Shown: piece after piece, positions 37,915-46,527 of the stretch
Position numbering within the stretch: position 1 is the stretch's first letter
Layout of the letters: every line of letters begins with the position of its first letter
Virus record (IMG/VR): IMGVR_UViG_3300025875_000036
Location: 1 to 53,211 of that record
Strand: one strand, 5' to 3'
From: a virus
Lineage: Duplodnaviria > Caudoviricetes
DNA length: 53,211 bases
The notes under the pieces: model-generated
What the model was told of the DNA's origin: nothing
The model's input: only the letters and a program-made list of their open reading frames with translations
Database searches by the model: none
Program-made: the position numbers and the translations under genes

Positions 37915-38313
37915 ATGAGTTTAGAAGATATTGTTTCATGGGTTTTAAAAGTTGCCATTTTACCGATGTTAATAGGCTTGATAAACGCCCGTGATAACAT
38001 ACGGGATAACCGCCGGGATTTAAAAGAGAACGTGGAGCGGCTGGGTAAATTAGAGCTAAAAACCGCCGCAATAGAAAAAAAGGTTAGCGATGACGGTATT
38101 GAGTACCACAGCGCGTTAGCAACAATTAAAAGTGTAGACACCTTAATTGATGTTAAGTTAACCGCGTATTTTAAGGAATTAGCCCAACAGAGACACCAGG
38201 ACTATCAAAGTATACGCGATATTAGCGGGCAACTCGAGGGGGTTTTGCGCGAAATTAGCGTTGAGATGAAGCACTTAAAAGAGGATGTAAAAGAAATAAA
38301 AGCATCGAGATGA
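37915..38313 (+). CDS. Single-TM coiled-coil lysis protein (holin/antiholin-like)
   Basis: N-terminal TM followed by a coiled coil; first gene of the lysis cassette. Confidence 0.55.
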   Translation: MSLEDIVSWVLKVAILPMLIGLINARDNIRDNRRDLKENVERLGKLELKTAAIEKKVSDDGIEYHSALATIKSVDTLIDVKLTAYFKELAQQRHQDYQSIRDISGQLEGVLREISVEMKHLKEDVKEIKASR

Positions 38314-38864
38314 TAGATAACTTATTAAACGCCGCCGACAAATCGTTCGGCTCCCTTTTACCGGTAGTTTTGTGGCTTACCGTGCTCATTGTTGTTTTAT
38401 ATTATACCGGTGTTTTTAAATGGTGGCAAAACAATTACGAGGAATGTGCCCGCGATAACGCCACGGGTAAGTTTAGTATAACTAACCAACTCCGTATCTG
38501 GTTCGGTATTGCCTTTATTATTAGGTGGTTTGCCAACGGTTTTGATATTGTAACCGTGCCCGCGTTTAAGTTAGTGCCGCAAAAGATGGACTTATCTGAG
38601 ATGGCTTTAATATTTGGGTTTCTCTCCGGTAGTTATGCCGTCCAGCAATACTTAAAAAAGAAGGAGTTTAACAACCCCGAGCCCGCTACGGTAAACGTAA
38701 ACGACACGGCCCAGGCGACGGTAATAACGCCCGGCACCGGCCCGGTAACAGAGCCGGGTAAAATTAATTGTCCCAAAGCGGCGGCAGAGGCGGCGGCACG
38801 AGCAGCTGGGGCTCCGTTCGTTGTAGATAAAAGTAAAGCCGACCCCGGCGTTATAAATGAATAG
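38310..38864 (+). CDS. Holin (probable)
   Basis: Three hydrophobic segments, G.FS...L motif, overlaps the endolysin start. Confidence 0.6.
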   Translation: MIDNLLNAADKSFGSLLPVVLWLTVLIVVLYYTGVFKWWQNNYEECARDNATGKFSITNQLRIWFGIAFIIRWFANGFDIVTVPAFKLVPQKMDLSEMALIFGFLSGSYAVQQYLKKKEFNNPEPATVNVNDTAQATVITPGTGPVTEPGKINCPKAAAEAAARAAGAPFVVDKSKADPGVINE

Positions 38865-39471
38865 CGATGCCTTTTTTAATGCTGTTAAGCGCGATATTTT
38901 TGGTGGCCGCAAATACAACCAGGGCCAGGTCGACACCTTAAATAATATAATCGCGGAGTGTACAGAGCAGAAGGTTTTTGACTACCGGTTTACGGCGTAC
39001 ATACTTGCAACGGCATACGCGGAGAGTTATAGTAGAAAGAGCAACCCCACCTGGGCACCCGTCCGCGAGGGGTTTGCTGTTACTAACGCCGGGGCGATTG
39101 CGGCGGTTACCGCCCTACACAAAGCCGGGCGGATTAGCACTAATTACGCCCTCCCCCATAAAAACGGGTTAAGCTATTACGGGCGGGGCTGGGTACAAAT
39201 TACCCACGGAACTAACTACGATAAAATCGGGCGCTATTACGGCCTCCCGTTATACACGAACCCCGACCTGGCTTTGCGCCGGGATGTGGCCGCTAAACTT
39301 TTAGTGGGTGGCTTGTTGGAGGGGTGGTACACCGGAGTCGGGTTGCCTGATTTTATTACAAGTAAAAAAACGGACTTTGTACAAGCCCGAAGGATAGTAA
39401 ACCGGTTAGACCGGGCGGAGGAGATAGCGGGGTATGCGAACGATTTTTATAACGCGATGATTATACTGTAA
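38857..39471 (+). CDS. Endolysin, glycoside hydrolase family 19
   Basis: AYILATAYAES, P.RE, YYGRGWVQITHGTNY, NPDLAL and ARRIVN motifs. Confidence 0.9.
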   Translation: MNSDAFFNAVKRDIFGGRKYNQGQVDTLNNIIAECTEQKVFDYRFTAYILATAYAESYSRKSNPTWAPVREGFAVTNAGAIAAVTALHKAGRISTNYALPHKNGLSYYGRGWVQITHGTNYDKIGRYYGLPLYTNPDLALRRDVAAKLLVGGLLEGWYTGVGLPDFITSKKTDFVQARRIVNRLDRAEEIAGYANDFYNAMIIL

Positions 39472-39472
39472 A

Positions 39473-41809
39473 ATGGAAATTGACTTAAATGAGTTTTTAA
39501 AGCGGGTAAGCCCCGCCGGAACCCCGATTGTACTCTGGGCCTTTCAATGGTCGCCGGAGGGTGATATTTTTCAATATACTGATAGCGGCCCCGTTTTAAT
39601 GGTACACCGCAACATGGTAAACATAATTCAAACTGAAATGGCAAAAAAGGACAGACCCGGTAAATCAGAGGATGCACCGGGGCAACAAAACAAACCCGGC
39701 AAACCCGGCAAACCTGACAAGACTAAACCCGTACCGGCAAAAACCGATCCGGTAAAAATCGAACCGGTGCCCGAGCCTCCTAAAGTTGAGCCGCCGGTAG
39801 TAACACCGCCAGCCCCGGTTGAGCCGGTGCCCGCCCCCGAGCCGGAACCTTTACCCGTGCCCGTTGAGCCGGTACGCCCGCCCGCCCCGGTTGAGCCGCC
39901 TAAAGTTGAGCCGGTGCCCGAGCCGGTAGATGCACCGGAACCGGAACCGGTACGCCCGGCACCAGAGCCGATTGAGGTTATAAACACCCCCCGCCCGAAG
40001 CCGACCGGCAAACGCATAATCGGTAATATTTTCCCGTACCTAATTAAGCACTCCAACGACAGGGGGACAGCTAAATTTGATTTCCTGGCCGATGGTATTG
40101 TAAACCAGAACGGGCTGTTTTACGACTATGCCGCCAAGCCGACACCGGGAGTAACCCAGTTATTTATGCAAGTACCGAAGCTGTTAAACGCTAAAATCCT
40201 AAAAGTTAATTTAGGGGATGCCAAAGGTGTTAGCGTAAACCCGGTAAAAATAAACGCTCTTTTGGCCGACGGCAAATTAACGAGGGTCGATAATTACGTT
40301 CCTGAGTTTTACGGCAAATCCACCGACATTATGAATAGTTATGCTATACCCGACCGGTATAGTAACGTGGATTTATTTGAGGTGTTAGTGCCGATAAAGG
40401 CTGACGGGAATCAAGATTCTGTTTTCCCGAGCGAGTGGGAAATTATAGCCGAGCACGACGAGTTCTATGAGCAAGAGCCCGCTATCGGGTTGTATAAATG
40501 GGAAAAAACCAACGGCGTGGTATGTTATCCCTGGAACTTTTGTAACGTATCGGGGCGCGGGCTTAACGATGAGATGCTGGCCGTGGCCGACACCTTTGAC
40601 GAGTATCGTATGTACCTTGAGCGGAACGATTGCTACACCGCCGAGGGGGTATTCCGGACGCAACCTATGGCCAAAGGTAACTGGCACCTGGACGCGTTTG
40701 TTGACTGGTGTTTTGCACGGGGCAAAGTTTTAATCCTTTGTTTACGCGGGAGCGAGCGGGACCCTAAATTTACCCAGTTCGTTCGCGATATTGCTACTAA
40801 ATATAAAGGCAAAGTTCGTATCCAGTTAACCAACGAGATAAACGGGCACTGGCGTCACGATTTCATGAAGCCTTTCGAGTGTGCTGAGTGGCACGCTAAA
40901 CACTACAACTTAATCAAATCGATAGACCCCGACATGGAGGTTTATAGTTGCGGTTTTGCCTTAACCCAGCCTAACTACCTAGAATCAATGGGCTTATGGT
41001 CTCGCTTGTACAACGGCGGGCGGCGTTTGTTTGACGTGTTTTGTTACCATGATTATTGCAAAGAGCGGGCCGAGGAGCAACGGGTTAGTAAAGGCATGGG
41101 CCAGGCACCGGAAAAAACAAACTATTACAAAAACGGTATCCGCTTGAACCGTACTTTGCATCGGTTATGGCCCGGCGTTAAGTTCGGCAAAACCGAGACC
41201 GGTTATAGCCACGCCGTAGCAAACCCCGAGCAAGCCGTTAAAGCAATCGGCACCCGTACCCGTAAACAGGTAATGGGGGATTTTATTATCCGTACCAAGC
41301 TCGAGGATATGCGTATGGGGAGCTATGTTTTAGCCCTCTATCAAATGTACGACGACAAAGGTTATATCACCGCCGTAAATGCTTTAATCGCCCAGGGCCG
41401 CACACGGGAACAAGCCGAGGCCGAGGCTAAAGTAAACTGGGACCAAGCGAACGGGGTTTGTAACCGTAACATCGACAATAAACACAAACGCGATGTCGCC
41501 TCCGATTACTTGTACCAAATGGCTCAATACTTACGCGGGTACGAGATGACAAAACCTACCGACCGGACAAAACCGGTATGGGTTGACGTGCTAGAGCGCG
41601 AGGGTGCCCCTAAGTTTTACACCGCCGTAATCCCTGATTATATCGATGCTAAAATACCCAACTTTAAATTAAATTTACCCGGTGTAACGAGCGTGACAAT
41701 TATACGCCCGGCTAAAGGTGATAAAGCCTTTGAGGAAACGCGGGTAATTAACGGCGAGCTGGAGTTTGAGGTAAACGAGAGCCCGGCATTTGTTAGGGTT
41801 AATAAATAA
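39473..41809 (+). CDS. Clan GH-A-like glycoside hydrolase with a Pro-rich linker
   Basis: TNEIN (acid/base Glu), IKSIDP, FDVFCYHDY, KTETGY (nucleophile Glu); PEP-rich N-terminal region. Confidence 0.75.
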   Translation: MEIDLNEFLKRVSPAGTPIVLWAFQWSPEGDIFQYTDSGPVLMVHRNMVNIIQTEMAKKDRPGKSEDAPGQQNKPGKPGKPDKTKPVPAKTDPVKIEPVPEPPKVEPPVVTPPAPVEPVPAPEPEPLPVPVEPVRPPAPVEPPKVEPVPEPVDAPEPEPVRPAPEPIEVINTPRPKPTGKRIIGNIFPYLIKHSNDRGTAKFDFLADGIVNQNGLFYDYAAKPTPGVTQLFMQVPKLLNAKILKVNLGDAKGVSVNPVKINALLADGKLTRVDNYVPEFYGKSTDIMNSYAIPDRYSNVDLFEVLVPIKADGNQDSVFPSEWEIIAEHDEFYEQEPAIGLYKWEKTNGVVCYPWNFCNVSGRGLNDEMLAVADTFDEYRMYLERNDCYTAEGVFRTQPMAKGNWHLDAFVDWCFARGKVLILCLRGSERDPKFTQFVRDIATKYKGKVRIQLTNEINGHWRHDFMKPFECAEWHAKHYNLIKSIDPDMEVYSCGFALTQPNYLESMGLWSRLYNGGRRLFDVFCYHDYCKERAEEQRVSKGMGQAPEKTNYYKNGIRLNRTLHRLWPGVKFGKTETGYSHAVANPEQAVKAIGTRTRKQVMGDFIIRTKLEDMRMGSYVLALYQMYDDKGYITAVNALIAQGRTREQAEAEAKVNWDQANGVCNRNIDNKHKRDVASDYLYQMAQYLRGYEMTKPTDRTKPVWVDVLEREGAPKFYTAVIPDYIDAKIPNFKLNLPGVTSVTIIRPAKGDKAFEETRVINGELEFEVNESPAFVRVNK
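39760..39990 (+). repeat. Pro/Glu/Val-rich coding repeats
   Basis: Recurrent GTTGAGCCG / GAGCCGGTGCCC units encoding VEPVPEP and EPPKVEP. Confidence 0.75.
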
Positions 41810-41875
41810 CCTTAACCCGCCGCCGCCCGTATAACCAGGGCTTTTACTTATTTGTTTTTATCCCGTTTTGTATAC

Positions 41876-41908
41876 AAAAAAGCCCGGCATGAGACACCGG
41901 GCTTTTTT
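41876..41908 (+). terminator. Intrinsic terminator ending the late region
   Basis: AAAAAAGCCCGG-CATGAGACA-CCGGGCTTTTTT. Confidence 0.85.
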
Positions 41909-41943
41909 GTTCCTATAAAAATAATTAAAAATAATCCCGTTAA

Positions 41944-41997
41944 AGTTTGAACCCTATTGAGTATTATACGTATATTTGTATATACAAAACGGGTAAA
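41944..41997 (+). promoter_or_regulatory. Promoter with perfect dyad box, copy 6
   Basis: AGTTTGA...CGTATA-TTTGTATATACAAA-ACGGGTAAA. Confidence 0.88.
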
Positions 41998-42002
41998 GCA
42001 AT

Positions 42003-42422
42003 ATGAAAAAGTTAATGATAGGAGGCCAGGCATTAGTAAACATGGGAAACGACCGGTTCACCCTTGACACCGACTACCTAATAAACGATACTACCTCCAC
42101 GGAGACGTTTATTTTTGACCACGAAAACAATATCGATTATATTAACGCCAACGGTAATAAATTTTTTAACGAGATATGGAAATTAGAGGCCGACAACAAT
42201 GGCCCGCTCGCCTCGCCCCGTGCCTTGTTAGAGTTAAAGGCTTACAGTTTGGTGATGCATTGCCGGAACCGGCAATTTGCCAAAGCCGATGCCGCCGAGT
42301 ACGATATGAAATTTTTAGTGCGTAATTATAACCTCGGCCCGGTAGCGGTTAACATAGTTAAACGGCATGTTAGCGCCGGGGAGTTTAGCGAGATAATCAA
42401 AATAATAAACATCAAAAAATAA
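42003..42422 (+). CDS. Minimal nucleotidyltransferase (Pol-beta superfamily; AbiEii/MenT/DUF6036-like motif)
   Basis: LMIGGQAL...G..RFTLDTDYLI, third Asp in NIDYI, LLELK and K.D..EYD. Confidence 0.7.
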   Translation: MKKLMIGGQALVNMGNDRFTLDTDYLINDTTSTETFIFDHENNIDYINANGNKFFNEIWKLEADNNGPLASPRALLELKAYSLVMHCRNRQFAKADAAEYDMKFLVRNYNLGPVAVNIVKRHVSAGEFSEIIKIINIKK

Positions 42423-42442
42423 TTTAAAAAAAGTTCATAAAA

Positions 42443-42490
42443 AGTTTGCAGTATTGATATTTATACGTATATTTGTACATACTAAAACAG
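42443..42490 (+). promoter_or_regulatory. Promoter with dyad box, copy 7
   Basis: AGTTTGCA...CGTATATTTGTACATACTAAAACAG. Confidence 0.88.
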
Positions 42491-42504
42491 CAAATAAAAA
42501 CGAT

Positions 42505-42711
42505 ATGAAATACACACTAACAACCGGACAAGTAATTAAAACCGCTAAAACATCAGACGGTGAGACTTTAATTAAAATTTTTACCGGCGGGATTTGGCAG
42601 TGTGCCGCTTTTATTAACGAGCGCGGCCAGCTTGAAAGCGGCGGGTTTTTATACCGGGCTTTAAGCACCGCCTCAAAACAAGAAATCAAAAATAACATCG
42701 GTACTTTTTAA
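42505..42711 (+). CDS. Small hypothetical protein (ATG 42505)
   Basis: 68 aa, MKYTLTTGQ...; the track start lies inside the promoter. Confidence 0.65.
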   Translation: MKYTLTTGQVIKTAKTSDGETLIKIFTGGIWQCAAFINERGQLESGGFLYRALSTASKQEIKNNIGTF

Positions 42712-42741
42712 TTAAAAATAATTTAAAAATAAATCGCAAAA

Positions 42742-42795
42742 AGTTTGCAACTAATTGATTAAATTACGTATATTTGTATATACAAAAACGGTAAA
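42742..42795 (+). promoter_or_regulatory. Promoter with perfect dyad box, copy 8
   Basis: AGTTTGCA...CGTATA-TTTGTATATACAAA-AACGGTAAA. Confidence 0.88.
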
Positions 42796-42822
42796 AAACA
42801 AACCTTTTAAACTACTAAAAAA

Positions 42823-43800
42823 ATGGAAACTACTAACAACACTTTTGACATCACAAAATTAGAGAACGGAACTTTAATCGTTGTAAATGATAACCGGTTT
42901 ACCACGGGCGACAATCCTAAACAAGGAACCTTCCGCCGGTTTAGTGCTGACTTCGCTAAAATGCAACTAACTATCGGCGGTAAGCTGGTATGGTTAGAAT
43001 CAGCTAATTTTATTAGCTTAGGTAGCGCCTGGCCCGGTAAACGTACCGAGCAAACAGAAGCCGCCGTTACAAGCCCCACAATTGCGCCAGAAGCCCTAGA
43101 GGTTAGCGTTGCACCGGTAGCAGAAACAGCCGCCGAGCCGGTTGCCGCCGAAGCAGCCGCCGAGGAAACGGATGCACCGGCCCCGGTTAAAGCCCCGGTA
43201 TATTTACCCGCCCCCCAGGAGGCGATAGTAACATTTTTACAAAAAAATAGAAACGCCGCCGCCGCCGGTGATATTGCAGCCGGGGTTGGCCGGGCCGAGG
43301 CCGGTATTAAAGGCAGTTTAAACAATTTGTTTAAAAATAAATATTTAGATTTTGCCGCCGGGTTTTATACCTTAACCGAAAAGGCTGTTAATTATGTACC
43401 GGCCCCGGTTGTAGAGAAACCGGCAAAACCGGCAAAAGTTAAAGCCGAGAAGCCCGCAAAAGTAGCGCAACCTTTAAGCGCCGCCCGTGAGCGCTCACAA
43501 AAAATGTTTGAGCTATGGGATGCCGGTAAAACCGACAAAGAAGTAGCCGAGGCCGTAGGTACAGATTTAAGCACCGCCCGCAACATTAAAATCACTTACT
43601 TAAAAAACCGCTTTGAAAAAACCGGCGAGAAGGTTTTATTTACAGGTAAGCCCGGCACAAAAATTTATCAAATTGTTGAGCTATACGACCAGGGCAAAAC
43701 ACCCGCCGAGGCCCGTAAATTGATACAAGCCGATGCCTCGTATTTTAGCTTTACTACATATTTTACCCTAGACCCTGAAAAGGCGGTTAAAAATGACTAA
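42823..43800 (+). CDS. Multi-HTH DNA-binding protein
   Basis: Winged-HTH (IAAGVGR.EAGIKGSLNNL), HTH (GKTDKEVAEAVGTDLSTAR), a third unit (GKTPAEARKLI) and Ala/Pro linkers. Confidence 0.7.
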   Translation: METTNNTFDITKLENGTLIVVNDNRFTTGDNPKQGTFRRFSADFAKMQLTIGGKLVWLESANFISLGSAWPGKRTEQTEAAVTSPTIAPEALEVSVAPVAETAAEPVAAEAAAEETDAPAPVKAPVYLPAPQEAIVTFLQKNRNAAAAGDIAAGVGRAEAGIKGSLNNLFKNKYLDFAAGFYTLTEKAVNYVPAPVVEKPAKPAKVKAEKPAKVAQPLSAARERSQKMFELWDAGKTDKEVAEAVGTDLSTARNIKITYLKNRFEKTGEKVLFTGKPGTKIYQIVELYDQGKTPAEARKLIQADASYFSFTTYFTLDPEKAVKND

Positions 43801-44563
43801 TATTGATTTAAACTATTTATCCCCGGTACAAGTTACCGGGGATTTTTTTGTCAAGCGGGATGACCTTTTTGAGGTTGCCGGGGTACGGGGCGGTAAAGTT
43901 CGCTCCTGTTTTGCCCTGGCCGAGCGGGCTAAAAGTATGGGCGTCGAGGGTTTAACCACGGCGGGCTCCCGCTCCTCGCCACAGGTGAATATAGTTGCTA
44001 ATATTGCAAAGCACCTCGGCCTCGCATGTACGGCTCACTTGCCCCAGGGCAAACTAAACACCGAGATAATTTTAGCCCAGGAGGCCGGTGCCCACATAAT
44101 CCAACACAAAGCCGGTTACAATAGTGTAATCGTGGCCCGCTCCCGAGAGTACGCAACGGTGAACCGGTTTTGCGATATACCTTTCGGTATGGAGTGCTGG
44201 GAGGCAATACGGCAAACTAAGCAGCAAGTCGCAAACATACCGGCGGGCGTTAAACGGATAGTGATGCCGGTGGGTTCGGGGATGTCGTTTTGCGGGGTTT
44301 TGCACGGGCTAAAAGAAACGGGGCGCGATATACCGGTGTTAGGAATTGCCGTAGGTGCCGACCCTACAAAAAGGATAAACCGGTTCGCCCCGATATTTAG
44401 TTACAATTATAAAATAATACCGGCGGGTGTGCCCTACGATACGTATGTCGACGCGAGCATCGGCGGGGTTGTATTGGACCCGGTGTACGAGGCTAAATGC
44501 TTAAAATTTTTAGAGCCGGGGGATTTGCTTTGGTGTGTAGGTATCCGCCAAAGTAAAATTTAA
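43793..44563 (+). CDS. PLP-dependent fold-type II enzyme, ACC deaminase / D-cysteine desulfhydrase-like
   Basis: FVKRDDL...GGKVR (PLP Lys), IVMPVGSG.S..G and VLDPVYEAK. Confidence 0.85.
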   Translation: MTNIDLNYLSPVQVTGDFFVKRDDLFEVAGVRGGKVRSCFALAERAKSMGVEGLTTAGSRSSPQVNIVANIAKHLGLACTAHLPQGKLNTEIILAQEAGAHIIQHKAGYNSVIVARSREYATVNRFCDIPFGMECWEAIRQTKQQVANIPAGVKRIVMPVGSGMSFCGVLHGLKETGRDIPVLGIAVGADPTKRINRFAPIFSYNYKIIPAGVPYDTYVDASIGGVVLDPVYEAKCLKFLEPGDLLWCVGIRQSKI

Positions 44564-44589
44564 AAAAGTTTAAAAAAAATACCCTCCGG

Positions 44590-44643
44590 AGTTGCATTGT
44601 GTTACTTTTTATACGTATATTTGTATATACTAAAACGGTAAAT
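44590..44643 (+). promoter_or_regulatory. Promoter with dyad box, copy 9
   Basis: AGTTGCA...CGTATATTTGTATATACTAAAACGGTAAA. Confidence 0.88.
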
Positions 44644-44653
44644 AATAAAGCAA

Positions 44654-44908
44654 ATGGCACTCCCCGGAAACAAACTAAACGAAGCCCTCACCGCATACGC
44701 GGCGGGCGATACCAAAAAATATTTAGCTATATTTAAAAACTTCCCGTTCGGTTTTACAAAAGAGGAAAGCCGGGCTTTACAAATAAGCCATGAGATTTTA
44801 AGTAACCCCTCGCGGGCCGGTTTTTATAAAAGCCTGGGCGAGGATATAGAAGCAACACACAAACAGGCCGAGGAGGCCGTACAACGTTACATTAAACAAA
44901 AAATTTAA
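44654..44908 (+). CDS. Hypothetical protein
   Basis: 84 aa; GD.K..L.IF..F..GFTKEE...FYKSLG motif. Confidence 0.75.
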   Translation: MALPGNKLNEALTAYAAGDTKKYLAIFKNFPFGFTKEESRALQISHEILSNPSRAGFYKSLGEDIEATHKQAEEAVQRYIKQKI

Positions 44909-44912
44909 GGCG

Positions 44913-45068
44913 ATGGAGGGTAAAATTAGCGATTGCTGCAAAACTCCGGTATGGCATGATTGGGCTGGGGTGTATTATTGCTCGGCTTGTAAAAAATACC
45001 TAGTTTATCCCGGTTGCGAGTACCGGAACGCCGCTCTCGAGCAATTAAGGATTAAAATAAAACACTAA
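44913..45068 (+). CDS. Small SxCC...CxxC Zn protein (51 aa, not in the ORF track)
   Basis: MEGKISDCCKTPVWHDWAGVYYCSACKK... Confidence 0.6.
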   Translation: MEGKISDCCKTPVWHDWAGVYYCSACKKYLVYPGCEYRNAALEQLRIKIKH

Positions 45069-45085
45069 ACAAAAAATTTAAAATT

Positions 45086-45298
45086 ATGGCAAATCAAAAC
45101 GAGTGCGCTACGTGCGCCGGGTTAGGTATTTTGAGCAGATGTTGCGAGGTTGATATAACAGGTGATGCAAACGGCGATAATATTTGCTCCGGTTGCGAAA
45201 GCCCGATAGAGCATGTAGGTTTTAAAGAGTGCCCGGTTTGCGAGGGTGAAGGGACGGATACCTGGGAGCCGGACGAGGATTACTGGAAAGACAGGTAA
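45086..45298 (+). CDS. Small DnaJ-like Zn-finger protein
   Basis: CATCAGLG, SRCC, CSGC, CPVCEGEG. Confidence 0.7.
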   Translation: MANQNECATCAGLGILSRCCEVDITGDANGDNICSGCESPIEHVGFKECPVCEGEGTDTWEPDEDYWKDR

Positions 45299-45513
45299 TG
45301 CAAAGCAACAATTTAATCAAGCGGGTGCGAACGTTGTACAAGTTTAAAGACAAGGCAACGTTCCTCGACCGCATGGCCGACACCGAGGCGTGGGAGGCCT
45401 ATAAAAAACGGGAGTTGGGGTACTACAAAGACCCCGGCTATTTTATCGTGGCGGACCCGTTTACGCTCCGCATTGAATTGTACTATACTGTAAAAAATAG
45501 TACTTTAAAATAA
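45298..45513 (+). CDS. Hypothetical protein
   Basis: 71 aa; TAATG coupling. Confidence 0.6.
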   Translation: MQSNNLIKRVRTLYKFKDKATFLDRMADTEAWEAYKKRELGYYKDPGYFIVADPFTLRIELYYTVKNSTLK

Positions 45514-45522
45514 TTTAAATAA

Positions 45523-45570
45523 AGTAGCACTATATTAATTTTTATACGTATATTTGTATATACAAAACGG
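45523..45570 (+). promoter_or_regulatory. Promoter with perfect dyad box, copy 10
   Basis: AGTAGCA...CGTATA-TTTGTATATACAAA-ACGG. Confidence 0.85.
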
Positions 45571-45579
45571 CTAACAAGT

Positions 45580-45810
45580 ATGAAGCATTATTTTTATTAT
45601 ATAAGTTATGTATACACCACGGATGATAAACCCGAGCAAACGTTCGGCGGCGGCGAAGCCTCGACCGTTCAGCCTATAACCAGGGGCGAGCATGTAATCG
45701 CCATAGCCGAGGGGATAGCCCATTACGGCGGTTTTAAAACCTTATCGATTGTCTCTTATACGTTTATGAGGGAAGAGGATGTAATGCCGTTCGGCAGAAC
45801 TATGAATTAA
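45580..45810 (+). CDS. Hypothetical protein
   Basis: 76 aa directly after the promoter. Confidence 0.7.
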   Translation: MKHYFYYISYVYTTDDKPEQTFGGGEASTVQPITRGEHVIAIAEGIAHYGGFKTLSIVSYTFMREEDVMPFGRTMN

Positions 45811-45812
45811 TT

Positions 45813-46526
45813 ATGGGACATTGTACAAACCCCTACGACCTCAATCATTATTTTACACCGGAGCCGAGCCGCCGCAACCCAAACACCCGCCGGTCCTGGG
45901 AGGACGAGAGGGGTTTTTATTTTGACGACGACGACCCAAACGTTATCCGCTGGCGGCGGAGGTGTGAGCGAGACCAAAGGTTAGCAAATTTTAACAGTTA
46001 CAAACCACAGGAGGAACAAAAAATGACAGTAGTAAAAAAACAAATAACCTTAACCGCCGAGGATGCAAAGGCGATGCTGGGCAAAAGTACCGCCCTCGAT
46101 GTATTAATACGGGCTAATTTTACCCCCACAGAACTGGGCGTAGCGGCTAAAACCCGCGATGATTTACCTGTTATAGAGGGTTATTTTATAAGCCACAGCT
46201 CCCGGCTTGTTCCATACAAATCGGTAGTACCGGCGGAGGATAATAAAAACGTTTTTGCAAAACAACGACAGGCGATGGCAGCATTGGCCTGGGCGCAACT
46301 TACTATATTTATGGAGAACGTAAACGGCAAATGGGAGCCTGACTGGAGTACCGACGAGCCTAAATATTGCGTATTATCTAAGTATGACAATGAAGGTAAG
46401 TTTGTTTTGTATACCGATATGTTTACTAGACACCAGCGTAATTTTGTTTTTAAAGATATACAATCCGCCAAAGTTTTTATGGCCAACCATGAGGAGTTAC
46501 TTAAAAATTATTTTTTAGGTTTATAA
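45813..46526 (+). CDS. Hypothetical protein
   Basis: 237 aa; C-terminal A.AQL...N..WEPDW....KY...F...A..F...L..YF domain; possible second start at 46023. Confidence 0.7.
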   Translation: MGHCTNPYDLNHYFTPEPSRRNPNTRRSWEDERGFYFDDDDPNVIRWRRRCERDQRLANFNSYKPQEEQKMTVVKKQITLTAEDAKAMLGKSTALDVLIRANFTPTELGVAAKTRDDLPVIEGYFISHSSRLVPYKSVVPAEDNKNVFAKQRQAMAALAWAQLTIFMENVNGKWEPDWSTDEPKYCVLSKYDNEGKFVLYTDMFTRHQRNFVFKDIQSAKVFMANHEELLKNYFLGL

Positions 46527-46527
46527 C

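Noticed and set aside
41969-45570. Recurring ~30-bp repeat as a CRISPR array
   Set aside because: Copies are hundreds to thousands of bases apart, separated by whole genes, and match the Bacteroidota promoter consensus; no cas genes.
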